Shown one piece after another: positions 1-12,890 of a DNA stretch of 20,630 nucleotides. A model generated the notes under the pieces. It did not search any database. It was not told the DNA's origin and was given only the letters and a program-made list of their open reading frames with translations. The DNA is from Macrostomum lignano (lineage: Eukaryota), in NCBI GenBank assembly GCA_002269645.1, contig NIVC01001934.1, positions 1 through 20,630 of the forward strand. The letters are read 5' to 3'. The translations under genes were made by a program, and so were the position numbers. Each line of letters begins with the position of its first letter. Within the stretch, counting starts at the first letter, position 1.

Positions 1-3000
1 CGGCACTAAAATGAGTGCCTGCGGCGCTAAAATGAGTGCCTGCGGCGCAAAATGAGTGCCTGCGGCGCTAAAATGAGTGCCTGCGGCGCTAAAATGAGTG
101 CCTGCGGCGCTAAAATGAGTGCCTGCGGCGCTAAAATGAGTGCCTGCGGCACTAAAATGAGTGCCTGCGGCGCTAAAATGAGTGCCTGCGGCACTAAAAT
201 GAGTGCCTGCGGCGCTAAAATGAGTGCCTGCGGCACTAAAATGAGTGCCTGCGGCGCTAAAATGAGTGCCTGCGGCACTAAAATGAGTGCCTGCGGCGCT
301 AAAATGAGTGCCTGCGGCGCTTAAATGAGTGCCTGCGGCACTAAAATGAGTGCCTGCGGCGCTAAAATGAGTGCCTGCGGCACTAAAATGAGTGCCTGCG
401 GCGCTAAAATGAGTGCCTGCGGCACTAAAATGAGTGCCTGCGGCGCCAAAATGAGTGCCTGCGGCGCTAAAATGAGTGCCTGCGGCACTAAAATGAGTGC
501 CTGCGGCGCTAAAATGAGTGCCTGCGGCCACTAAAATGAGTGCCTGCGGCGCTAAAATGAGTGCCTGCGGCGCATAAAATGAGTGCCTGCGGCGCCTAAA
601 ATGAGTGCCTGCGGCGCTAAAATGAGTGCCTGCGGCGCTAAAATGAGTGCCTGCGGCCACTAAAATGAGTGCCTGCGGCGCCTAAAATGAGTGCCTGCGG
701 CGCTAAAATGAGTGCCTGCGGCGCTAAAATGAGTGCCTGCGCGCTAAAATGAGTGCCTGCGGCGCTAAAATGAGTGCCTGCGGCACTAAAATGAGTGCCT
801 GCGGCGCTAAAATGAGTGCCTGCGGCACTAAAATGAGTGCCTGCGGCACTAAAATGAGTGCCTGCGGCGCTAAAATGAGTGCCTGCGGCACTAAAATGAG
901 TGCCTGCGGCGCTAAAATGAGTGCCTGCGGCACTAAAATGAGTGCCTGCGGCGCTAAAATGAGTGCCTGCGGCCACTAAAATGAGTGCCTGCGGCGCTAA
1001 AATGAGTGCCTGCGGCGCTAAAATGAGTGCCTGCGGCCACTAAAATGAGTGCCTGCGGCGCTAAAATGAGTGCCTGCGGCACTAAAATGAGTGCCTGCGG
1101 CGCTAAAATGAGTGCCTGCGGCACTAAAATGAGTGCCTGCGGCGCCTAAAATGAGTGCCTGCGGCGCTAAAATGAGTGCCTGCGGCACTAAAATGAGTGC
1201 CTGCGGCGCTAAAATGAGTGCCTGCGGCACTAAAATGAGTGCCTGCGGCGCTAAAATGAGTGCCTGCGGCACTAAAATGAGTGCCTGCGGCGCTAAAATG
1301 AGTGCCTGCGGCGCTAAAATGAGTGCCTGCGGCGCTAAAATGAGTGCCTGCGCGCTAAAATGAGTGCCTGCGGCGCTAAAATGAGTGCCTGCGGCGCTAA
1401 AATGAGTGCCTGCGGCACTAAAATGAGTGCCTGCGGCGCTAAAATGAGTGCCTGCGGCGCTAAAATGAGTGCCTGCGGCGCTAAAATGAGTGCCTGCGGC
1501 GCTAAAATGAGTGCCTGCGGCACTAAAATGAGTGCCTGCGGCGCTAAAATGAGTGCCTGCGGCGCTAAAATGAGTGCCTGCGGCGCTAAAATGAGTGCCT
1601 GCGGCGCTAAAATGAGTGCCTGCGGCACTAAAATGAGTGCCTGCGGCGCTAAAATGAGTGCCTGCGGCACTAAAATGAGTGCCTGCGGCGCTAAAATGAG
1701 TGCCTGCGGCGCTAAAATGAGTGCCTGCGGCGCTAAAATGAGTGCCTGCGGCGCTAAAATGAGTGCCTGCGGCACTAAAATGAGTGCCTGCGGCGCTAAA
1801 ATGAGTGCCTGCGGCACTAAAATGAGTGCCTGCGGCGCTAAAATGAGTGCCTGCGGCGCTAAAATGAGTGCCTGCGGCACTAAAATGAGTGCCTGCGGCG
1901 CTAAAATGAGTGCCTGCGGCGCTAAAATGAGTGCCTGCGGCGCTAAAATGAGTGCCTGCGGCGCTAAAATGAGTGCCTGCGGCACTAAAATGAGTGCCTG
2001 CGGCGCTAAAATGAGTGCCTGCGGCGCTAAAATGAGTGCCTGCGGCGCTAAAATGAGTGCCTGCGGCGCTAAAATGAGTGCCTGCGGCGCTAAAATGAGT
2101 GCCTGCGGCGCTAAAATGAGTGCCTGCGGCTAAAATGAGTGCCTGCGGCGCTAAAATGAGTGCCTGCGGCACTAAAATGAGTGCCTGCGGCGCTAAAATG
2201 AGTGCCTGCGGCGCTAAAATGAGTGCCTGCGGCTAAAATGAGTGCCTGCGGCGCTAAAATGAGTGCCTGCGGCACTAAAATGAGTGCCTGCGGCGCTAAA
2301 ATGAGTGCCTGCGGCACTAAAATGAGTGCCTGCGGCACTAAAATGAGTGCCTGCGGCGCTAAAATGAGTGCCTGCGGCACTAAAATGAGTGCCTGCGGCG
2401 CTAAAATGAGTGCCTGCGGCACTAAAATGAGTGCCTGCGGCGCTAAAATGAGTGCCTGCGGCGCTAAAATGAGTGCCTGCGGCACTAAAATGAGTGCCTG
2501 CGGCGCTAAAATGAGTGCCTGCGGCACTAAAATGAGTGCCTGCGGCGCTAAAATGAGTGCCTGCGGCGCTAAAATGAGTGCCTGCGGCACTAAAATGAGT
2601 GCCTGCGGCGCTAAAATGAGTGCCTGCGGCACTAAAATGAGTGCCTGCGGCGCTAAAATGAGTGCCTGCGGCGCTAAAATGAGTGCCTGCGGCGCTAAAA
2701 TGAGTGCCTGCGGCGCTAAAATGAGTGCCTGCGGGCTAAAATGAGTGCCTGCGGCGCTAAAATGAGTGCCTGCGGCACTAAAATGAGTGCCTGCGGCGCT
2801 AAAATGAGTGCCTGCGGCACTAAAATGAGTGCCTGCGGCGCTAAAATGAGTGCCTGCGGCGCTAAAATGAGTGCCTGCGGCGCTAAAATGAGTGCCTGCG
2901 GCACTAAAATGAGTGCCTGCGGCGCTAAAATGAGTGCCTGCGGCACTAAAATGAGTGCCTGCGGCGCTAAAATGAGTGCCTGCGGCACTAAAATGAGTGC

Positions 3001-6000
3001 CTGCGGCGCTAAAATGAGTGCCTGCGGCACTAAAATGAGTGCCTGCGGCACTAAAATGAGTGCCTGCGGCGCTAAAATGAGTGCCTGCGGCCTAAAATGA
3101 GTGCCTGCGGCGCTAAAATGAGTGCCTGCGGCGCTAAAATGAGTGCCTGCGGCGCTAAAATGAGTGCCTGCGGCGCTAAAATGAGTGCCTGCGGCGCTAA
3201 AATGAGTGCCTGCGGCGCTAAAATGAGTGCCTGCGGCACTAAAATGAGTGCCTGCGGCGCTAAAATGAGTGCCTGCGGCACTAAAATGAGTGCCTGCGGC
3301 ACTAAAATGAGTGCCTGCGGCGCTAAAATGAGTGCCTGCGGCGCTAAAATGAGTGCCTGCGGCGCTAAAATGAGTGCCTGCGGCGCTAAAATGAGTGCCT
3401 GCGGCGCTAAAATGAGTGCCTGCGGCACTAAAATGAGTGCCTGCGGCGCTAAAATGAGTGCCTGCGGCGCTAAAATGAGTGCCTGCGGCGCTAAAATGAG
3501 TGCCTGCGGCGCTAAAATGAGTGCCTGCGGCACTAAAATGAGTGCCTGCGGCGCTAAAATGAGTGCCTGCGGCACTAAAATGAGTGCCTGCGGCGCTAAA
3601 ATGAGTGCCTGCGGCGCTAAAATGAGTGCCTGCGGCGCTAAAATGAGTGCCTGCGGCGCTAAAATGAGTGCCTGCGGCGCTAAAATGAGTGCCTGCGGCA
3701 CTAAAATGAGTGCCTGCGGCGCTAAAATGAGTGCCTGCGGCGCTAAAATGAGTGCCTGCGGCGCTAAAATGAGTGCCTGCGGCACTAAAATGAGTGCCTG
3801 CGGCGCTAAAATGAGTGCCTGCGGCACTAAAATGAGTGCCTGCGGCGCTAAAATGAGTGCCTGCGGCGCTAAAATGAGTGCCTGCGGCACTAAAATGAGT
3901 GCCTGCGGCGCTAAAATGAGTGCCTGCGGCACTAAAATGAGTGCCTGCGGCGCTAAAATGAGTGCCTGCGGCGCTAAAATGAGTGCCTGCGGCGCTAAAA
4001 TGAGTGCCTGCGGCGCTAAAATGAGTGCCTGCGGCACTAAAATGAGTGCCTGCGGCGCTAAAATGAGTGCCTGCGGCACTAAAATGAGTGCCTGCGGCGC
4101 TAAAATGAGTGCCTGCGGCGCTAAAATGAGTGCCTGCGGCGCTAAAATGAGTGCCTGCGGCGCTAAAATGAGTGCCTGCGGCGCTAAAATGAGTGCCTGC
4201 GGCGCTAAAATGAGTGCCTGCGGCGCTAAAATGAGTGCCTGCGGCGCTAAAATGAGTGCCTGCGGCACTAAAATGAGTGCCTGCGGCGCTAAAATGAGTG
4301 CCTGCGGCACTAAAATGAGTGCCTGCGGCGCTAAAATGAGTGCCTGCGGCACTAAAATGAGTGCCTGCGGCGCTAAAATGAGTGCCTGCGGCGCTAAAAT
4401 GAGTGCCTGCGGCACTAAAATGAGTGCCTGCGGCGCTAAAATGAGTGCCTGCGGCACTAAAATGAGTGCCTGCGGCGCTAAAATGAGTGCCTGCGGCGCT
4501 AAAATGAGTGCCTGCGGCGCTAAAATGAGTGCCTGCGGCGCTAAAATGAGTGCCTGCGGCGCTAAAATGAGTGCCTGCGGCGCTAAAATGAGTGCCTGCG
4601 GCACTAAAATGAGTGCCTGCGGCGCTAAAATGAGTGCCTGCGGCGCTAAAATGAGTGCCTGCGGCGCTAAAATGAGTGCCTGCGGCGCTAAAATGAGTGC
4701 CTGCGGCGCTAAAATGAGTGCCTGCGGCGCTAAAATGAGTGCCTGCGGCGCTAAAATGAGTGCCTGCGGCACTAAAATGAGTGCCTGCGGCGCTAAAATG
4801 AGTGCCTGCGGCGCTAAAATGAGTGCCTGCGGCGCTAAAATGAGTGCCTGCGGCGCTAAAATGAGTGCCTGCGGCGCTAAAATGAGTGCCTGCGGCGCTA
4901 AAATGAGTGCCTGCGGCGCTAAAATGAGTGCCTGCGGCGCTAAAATGAGTGCCTGCGGCGCTAAAATGAGTGCCTGCGGCGCTAAAATGAGTGCCTGCGG
5001 CGCTAAAATGAGTGCCTGCGGCGCTAAAATGAGTGCCTGCGGCACTAAAATGAGTGCCTGCGGCGCTAAAATGAGTGCCTGCGGCACTAAAATGAGTGCC
5101 TGCGGCGCTAAAATGAGTGCCTGCGGCGCTAAAATGAGTGCCTGCGGCACTAAAATGAGTGCCTGCGGCGCTAAAATGAGTGCCTGCGGCACTAAAATGA
5201 GTGCCTGCGGCGCTAAAATGAGTGCCTGCGGCGCTAAAATGAGTGCCTGCGGCGCTAAAATGAGTGCCTGCGGCGCTAAAATGAGTGCCTGCGGCACTAA
5301 AATGAGTGCCTGCGGCGCTAAAATGAGTGCCTGCGGCACTAAAATGAGTGCCTGCGGCGCTAAAATGAGTGCCTGCGGCGCTAAAATGAGTGCCTGCGGC
5401 GCTAAAATGAGTGCCTGCGGCGCTAAAATGAGTGCCTGCGGCACTAAAATGAGTGCCTGCGGCGCTAAAATGAGTGCCTGCGGCGCTAAAATGAGTGCCT
5501 GCGGCGCTAAAATGAGTGCCTGCGGCACTAAAATGAGTGCCTGCGGCGCTAAAATGAGTGCCTGCGGCGCTAAAATGAGTGCCTGCGGCTAAAATGAGTG
5601 CCTGCGGCGCTAAAATGAGTGCCTGCGGCGCTAAAATGAGTGCCTGCGGCGCTAAAATGAGTGCCTGCGGCGCTAAAATGAGTGCCTGCGGCGCTAAAAT
5701 GAGTGCCTGCGGCGCTAAAATGAGTGCCTGCGGCACTAAAATGAGTGCCTGCGGCGCTAAAATGAGTGCCTGCGGCACTAAAATGAGTGCCTGCGGCGCT
5801 AAAATGAGTGCCTGCGGCACTAAAATGAGTGCCTGCGGCGCTAAAATGAGTGCCTGCGGCGCTAAAATGAGTGCCTGCGGCACTAAAATGAGTGCCTGCG
5901 GCGCTAAAATGAGTGCCTGCGGCGCTAAAATGAGTGCCTGCGGCGCTAAAATGAGTGCCTGCGGCGCTAAAATGAGTGCCTGCGGCGCTAAAATGAGTGC

Positions 6001-7694
6001 CTGCGGCACTAAAATGAGTGCCTGCGGCGCTAAAATGAGTGCCTGCGGCACTAAAATGAGTGCCTGCGGCGCTAAAATGAGTGCCTGCGGCACTAAAATG
6101 AGTGCCTGCGGCGCTAAAATGAGTGCCTGCGGCACTAAAATGAGTGCCTGCGGCGCTAAAATGAGTGCCTGCGGCACTAAAATGAGTGCCTGCGGCGCTA
6201 AAATGAGTGCCTGCGGCGCTAAAATGAGTGCCTGCGGCTAAAATGAGTGCCTGCGGCGCTAAAATGAGTGCCTGCGGCGCTAAAATGAGTGCCTGCGGCG
6301 CTAAAATGAGTGCCTGCGGCGCTAAAATGAGTGCCTGCGGCGCTAAAATGAGTGCCTGCGGCGCTAAAATGAGTGCCTGCGGCGCTAAAATGAGTGCCTG
6401 CGGCACTAAAATGAGTGCCTGCGGCGCTAAAATGAGTGCCTGCGGCACTAAAATGAGTGCCTGCGGCGCTAAAATGAGTGCCTGCGGCGCTAAAATGAGT
6501 GCCTGCGGCACTAAAATGAGTGCCTGCGGCGCTAAAATGAGTGCCTGCGGCACTAAAATGAGTGCCTGCGGCGCTAAAATGAGTGCCTGCGGCGCTAAAA
6601 TGAGTGCCTGCGGCACTAAAATGAGTGCCTGCGGCGCTAAAATGAGTGCCTGCGGCACTAAAATGAGTGCCTGCGGCGCTAAAATGAGTGCCTGCGGCAC
6701 TAAAATGAGTGCCTGCGGCGCTAAAATGAGTGCCTGCGGCGCTAAAATGAGTGCCTGCGGCTAAAATGAGTGCCTGCGGCGCTAAAATGAGTGCCTGCGG
6801 CACTAAAATGAGTGCCTGCGGCGCTAAAATGAGTGCCTGCGGCACTAAAATGAGTGCCTGCGGCGCTAAAATGAGTGCCTGCGGCGCTAAAATGAGTGCC
6901 TGCGGCGCTAAAATGAGTGCCTGCGGCACTAAAATGAGTGCCTGCGGCGCTAAAATGAGTGCCTGCGGCACTAAAATGAGTGCCTGCGGCGCTAAAATGA
7001 GTGCCTGCGGCGCTAAAATGAGTGCCTGCGGCGCTAAAATGAGTGCCTGCGGCGCTAAAATGAGTGCCTGCGGCACTAAAATGAGTGCCTGCGGCGCTAA
7101 AATGAGTGCCTGCGGCACTAAAATGAGTGCCTGCGGCGCTAAAATGAGTGCCTGCGGCACTAAAATGAGTGCCTGCGGCGCTAAAATGAGTGCCTGCGGC
7201 GCTAAAATGAGTGCCTGCGGCACTAAAATGAGTGCCTGCGGCGCTAAAATGAGTGCCTGCGGCACTAAAATGAGTGCCTGCGGCGCTAAAATGAGTGCCT
7301 GCGGCGCTAAAATGAGTGCCTGCGGCGCTAAAATGAGTGCCTGCGGCACTAAAATGAGTGCCTGCGGCGCTAAAATGAGTGCCTGCGGCGCTAAAATGAG
7401 TGCCTGCGGCGCTAAAATGAGTGCCTGCGGCGCTAAAATGAGTGCCTGCGGCGCTAAAATGAGTGCCTGCGGCGCTAAAATGAGTGCCTGCGGCGCTAAA
7501 ATGAGTGCCTGCGGCGCTAAAATGAGTGCCTGCGGCGCTAAAATGAGTGCCTGCGGCGCTAAAATGAGTGCCTGCGGCACTAAAATGAGTGCCTGCGGCG
7601 CTAAAATGAGTGCCTGCGGCACTAAAATGAGTGCCTGCGGCAAAATGAGTGCCTGCGGCGCTAAAATGAGTGCCTGCGGCGCTAAAATGAGTGC
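1..7694. repeat. 21-bp tandem satellite (CTAAAATGAGTGCCTGCGGCR)n, about 366 units, open at the window's left edge
   Basis: Directly visible. Two main unit types differ at one base (GGCGCT vs GGCACT), with occasional 1-2 nt indel units. The array ends at ...ATGAGTGC (7694), then TGACAAC. Confidence 0.99.
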
Positions 7695-7775
7695 TGACAA
7701 CACCGATTCTAAAAATAATTGGTACATGATAATGTGCATTTTCCAAATAAAAAATAAAAAAATCTAACTCGACGC

Positions 7776-7818
7776 GGGCGTGCACCCTGTGCTCCCCACC
7801 CCCCTAAATCCGCCACTG
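7776..7818 (-). mobile_element. Putative terminal inverted repeat of a non-autonomous DNA transposon (hAT-Tip100-like, CAGTGGCGGATTTAGGGGG...)
   Basis: The reverse complement reads CAGTGGCGGATTTAGGGGGGTGGGGAGCACAGGGTGCACGCCC. From recall, this resembles the CAG(T/G)GGCG termini with G-rich subterminal sequence of Tip100-type elements. The partner end is not in the window. Confidence 0.4.
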
Positions 7819-7824
7819 AACCTG

Positions 7825-7862
7825 CCCCCCCCCCCACTTTTTGAAACCTTTCTACGCCTTTG
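7825..7862 (-). mobile_element. Second putative transposon terminus (CAAAGGCGTAGAAAGGTTTCAAAAAGTGGGGGG...)
   Basis: The reverse complement resembles CAGGGGCGTAG-type termini followed by TTTCAAAAGTGGGGG. It lies immediately outside the first terminus. Pattern recall only. Confidence 0.3.
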
Positions 7863-7875
7863 AGGATTGAAATAG

Positions 7876-8288
7876 TCCGGCATTGAGTCAGAGGTTCCGG
7901 CATTGAGTCAGAGGTTCCGGCATTGAGTCAGAGGTTCCGGCATTGAGTCAGAGGTTCCGGCATTGAGTCAGAGGTTCCGGCATTGAGTCAGAGGTTCCGG
8001 CATTGAGTCAGAGGTTCCGGCATTGAGTCAGAGGTTCCGGCATTGAGTCAGAGGTTCCGGCATTGAGTCAGAGGTTCCGGCATTGAGTCAGAGGTTCCGG
8101 CATTGAGTCAGAGGTTCCGGCATTGAGTCAGAGGTTCCGGCATTGAGTCAGAGGTTCCGGCATTGAGTCAGAGGTTCCGGCATTGAGTCAGAGGTTCCGG
8201 CATTGAGTCAGAGGTTCCGGCATTGAGTCAGAGGTTCCGGCATTGAGTCAGAGGTTCCGGCATTGAGTCAGAGGTTCCGGCATTGAGT
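7876..8288. repeat. Perfect 20-bp tandem repeat (TCCGGCATTGAGTCAGAGGT)x20.6
   Basis: Directly visible, with no variant units seen. Each full unit contains TGAGTCA. Confidence 0.99.
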
Positions 8289-8788
8289 AATTGGCGTCAA
8301 AAAGGCGCTTCAAAGCTAAGCCTTGAGTCCAGCCGCCATCATTGAAATATTTGGGAACATATCTGTCGCACCGTTGCCACCATTAAAGGATGAGGTGGTT
8401 GTAAATCCCCCGCAGAGATAAAGGCCGGATTTATTCCCCCCAGCGGGGCCACAGACAGTGTGGCCGGGGGCCTGCCGACGGATGCCTTCCGATCTCAGAG
8501 TTTATTTATTGTGACAGCAGCAATCCGGAGATGATCTCTGAAACATCTCCCTCAGTTCGATATTGTAGCACGGGCTTTGCCGGTCAGAAATTCTGATCGA
8601 GGGGGGAACCGTTCTGGCGGGAATCGGGGTCCAGCTGTTGGTGTAAAATCTGCCTGGGATTTATGGGCTGGGATTATCGCAAATTCTTGCTGATAATCAA
8701 TTACTTTTTATTGCGTTGGAAAGCTGTCGAAGTGGGAGACAAAACTGAGATTGGGAAAAAGGAGAAAAATGAGAGCCGAGAAGATGAT

Positions 8789-9582
8789 AGGAGAGGAGAG
8801 GAGAGGAGAGGAGAAGAGAGGAGAGGAGAGGAGAGGAGAGGAGAGGAGAGGAGAGGAGAGGAGAGGGAGGAGAGAGGGAGGGGAGGAGAGGAGAGGAGAG
8901 GAGAGGGGAGGAGAGGAGAGGAGAGGAGAGGAGAGGAGAGGAGAGGAGAGGAGAGGAGAGGAGAGGAGAGGAGAGGAGAGGAGAGGAGAGGAGAGGAGAG
9001 GAGAGGAGAGGAGAGGAGAGGAGAGGAGAGGAGAGGAGAGGAGAGGAGAGGAGAGAGGGAGGAGAGGAGAGGAGAGGAGAGGAGAGGAGAGGAGAGGAGA
9101 GGAGAGGAGAGGAGGAGAGGGGAGGAGAGGGAGGAGAGGAGAGGAGAGGAGAGGAGAGGAGGAGAGGAGAGGAGAGGAGAGGAGAGGGGAGGAGAGGAGA
9201 GGAGAGGAGAGGAGAGGAGAGGAGAGGAGAGGAGAGGAGAGGGGAGGAGAGGAGAGGAGAGGAGAGGAGAGGAGAGGAGAGGAGAGGAGAGGAGAGGAGA
9301 GGGGATGAGAGGAGAGGAGAGGGGAGGAGAGGAGAGGAGAGGAGAGGAGAGGAGAGGGGAGGAGAGGAGAGGAGAGGAGAGGAGAGGAGAGGAGAGGAGA
9401 GGAGAGGAGAGGAGAGGGGAGGAGAGGAGAGGAGAGGAGAGGAGAGGGGAGGAGAGGAGAGGAGAGGAGAGGAGAGGAGAGGAGAGGGAGGAGAGGAGAG
9501 GAGAGGAGAGGAGAGGGGAGGAGAGGAGAGGAGAGGAGAGGAGAGGAGAGGAGAGGAGAGGAGAGGAGAGGAGAGGAGGGGA
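8789..9582. repeat. (GGAGA)n homopurine pentanucleotide microsatellite, about 155-160 units with interruptions
   Basis: Directly visible. Source of the spurious EERRG / SSPLL ORFs. Confidence 0.98.
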
Positions 9583-10126
9583 GTGAGGAAGAAACATAGG
9601 GGAAGGACGCAGAATGCGAAGGGAGTGGGAGAGATGCTATAATTGATCGGTAGCCCTCAGACCAGCAGAGCTGCTTGGCATCATAAAGGAGACAAGGAAA
9701 GCCCGAGAACGGAAGACCGGCAAAACAAGAGAAAGTTCCTCCAGGCAAAGTGGTCCAGTTGAGCACGGAAGCTTTAGCGGGTCAGAGTGGATGGGGAGCT
9801 CACGCAAGCAGCCGGGGCGCGCAGTCATGCGGCACCGAATGCCGGGCCTCTCAGCGGGGCCCCGGCTGTCCAGCGCAGTTATCGGATTAGCCGGGGCAAC
9901 TCAGCCGTGAACTGAGGCTGGAGCGGCTCGGTTCGCCTGTGTGCCCCAGTCCGGGGCGCCATCATCGTTTGGAGTCATCCAGTTGGCATTGAATTGAGTC
10001 ATTTCTGCGGCGTGCTTAATATTAATCTCAAAACTCATTGAGCCGTTTGCGTCCGGGATGCAGATTGGCTGAGGACCGAGATAATTAAAAAAATTCCTTT
10101 GCATCTTCCCTTGCAGTAGTAGTACG

Positions 10127-10208
10127 AGGTAGGTAGGTATGTAGGTAGGTAGGTAGGTAGGTAGGTATATAGGTAGGTAGGTAGGTAGGTAGGTAGGTAG
10201 GTGGGTAG
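10127..10208. repeat. (AGGT)n microsatellite
   Basis: Directly visible; part of a compound (AGGT)n-(AGAA)-(GATA)n tract. Confidence 0.95.
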
Positions 10209-10220
10209 AAAGAAAGATGT

Positions 10221-11524
<1,304 letters not shown>

Positions 11525-12846
11525 TGGGTTTGAAGTAGATCGAGCAGGTTAATCTCTTCCTGTTGTCTTCGTTAGTCAAAGAGACACAGCAGTCCAAAAA
11601 GTTGATTTTATCTCTACTGTATTGCATTGTGAGGCGTATGTTATTGTCGCAGCTGTTCAGATGTCTGTGTAGCTGCTCCAGTTGTGCCTCCGTCCCGATG
11701 AAAGTCATGAAAATATCATCAATGTAGCGCTTGTAAAAATGAGGGGCAAAAGGAGCTGTGTTCAAAGCTTTGGACTCCCAATCGGACATGAAAATATTGG
11801 CATAGGATGGAGCAAAAGATTTTCCCATGCTTGTGCCCTTAACCTGCAGATAGCGTTTTTCGTTGAACACCATGTCATTTTTAGTCAGATTGATGTCAAG
11901 GAGCTCCAGTAGTTTCTCGTCAGGTCTTGATGGTTGAGGAAAGTTTTGAAAAGCCTCCCTAACAGCTTTAATCCCCTTCTCCGTAGGTATGTTCGTGTAC
12001 AAGGATTCGACATCCATTGTGACCAGGAAGACGCTCTCTTCTTTGTCGTACGTCAAGTCATGAATAGCTGCTTGAAAGTGATCAGTGTCTCTAATGAAGG
12101 AGTTCTGTTCCTTGGCAATAGGCTGCAGATAGAGATCGATGAACCTGGCACTCATGTAACTTTCGGAGTTGCAGTCAGAGACAATGGGTCGGCCTGGAGG
12201 GATTCCACGGGTTGGCCAAGTCTCCGGATCCTTGTGAATTTTCGGAAGTAGATAGAAAATCCTATCCCTCGGCTCCGCAGGTGGAACCAGCTGGGAATAT
12301 TGGTGATTATTGATGACCTTTTCGTCTCTCAAATGTTGAAAGATTTTTTTGATTCGAGGAGCGGTTTGGATTCTTGAAGCCGAATCAATCGGTTTATAGA
12401 AGCTGGAATTAGAAAGTTGTCTGCTGGCTTCTGCTATGTAATCCTCGCGGTTTAAGACTACCAGGCTACTGCCTTTGTCGGCAGGCTTAATGACGATACT
12501 TTTGTTGTTGCGGAGACTTTGCAGTGCCTGTCGAAGGTCCTGTGGCAAATTTGGTTTGTTGGAAATGACATCTGGGATTTTGACTTTGTCCAGCGCATCA
12601 AAGAGGTCTTTGTGTGACTGCCACTTATCCAGATTGATGTTAGGAATTGAGGCGCGTCCTGTTGCGTGCAGAGTGAAAGCACAGGTTCGGCGCTGGAGAA
12701 GGGAGTTCAGCGCGATTCGCTGTTTGAAGTTCCTGACGGACTCGAAAAGAAGTTCAGAACCTATCCGTAAAGGGGCTGGCACGAAGTTTTTCCCCATTTC
12801 TAAAACTTGAGTTTCGCTTTCAGACAGAGTGACACTAGATAGGTTG

Positions 12847-12890
12847 AGCACAGAGCTGCTGCTAGCAGTCTCTGTCCTGTCTAGTTTTTT
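12847..12890 (-). promoter_or_regulatory. Candidate programmed -1 ribosomal frameshift signal (slippery A_AAA_AAC at 12890-12884, UAG, downstream hairpin 12875-12850)
   Basis: The zero frame reads CAA AAA AAC UAG and ORF2 is in the -1 frame. The hairpin ACAGAG-A-CUGCU-AGC-AGCAG-CUCUGU starts 8 nt after the heptamer (5 nt if extended). Confidence 0.6.

Noticed and set aside
27-7785. Many long ORFs (MSACGAK, PQALILA, AAGTHFS repeats, up to 1153 aa)
   Set aside because: Produced by a 21-bp (7-codon) unit that lacks stops in several frames. They are open on both strands and broken by indel units, with no unique coding sequence.
1-8288. CRISPR-like array
   Set aside because: Units are head-to-tail with no unique spacers, there are no cas genes, and the context is eukaryotic.
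8663-9766. EERRG / SSPLL ORFs of 185-352 aa
   Set aside because: Translations of the (GGAGA)n microsatellite.
8289-10126. Unique sequence around the (GGAGA)n tract, including short ORFs at 9637-9828 and 9901-10104
   Set aside because: No recognisable protein motif, tRNA or rRNA pattern, or convincing splice structure; left unannotated.
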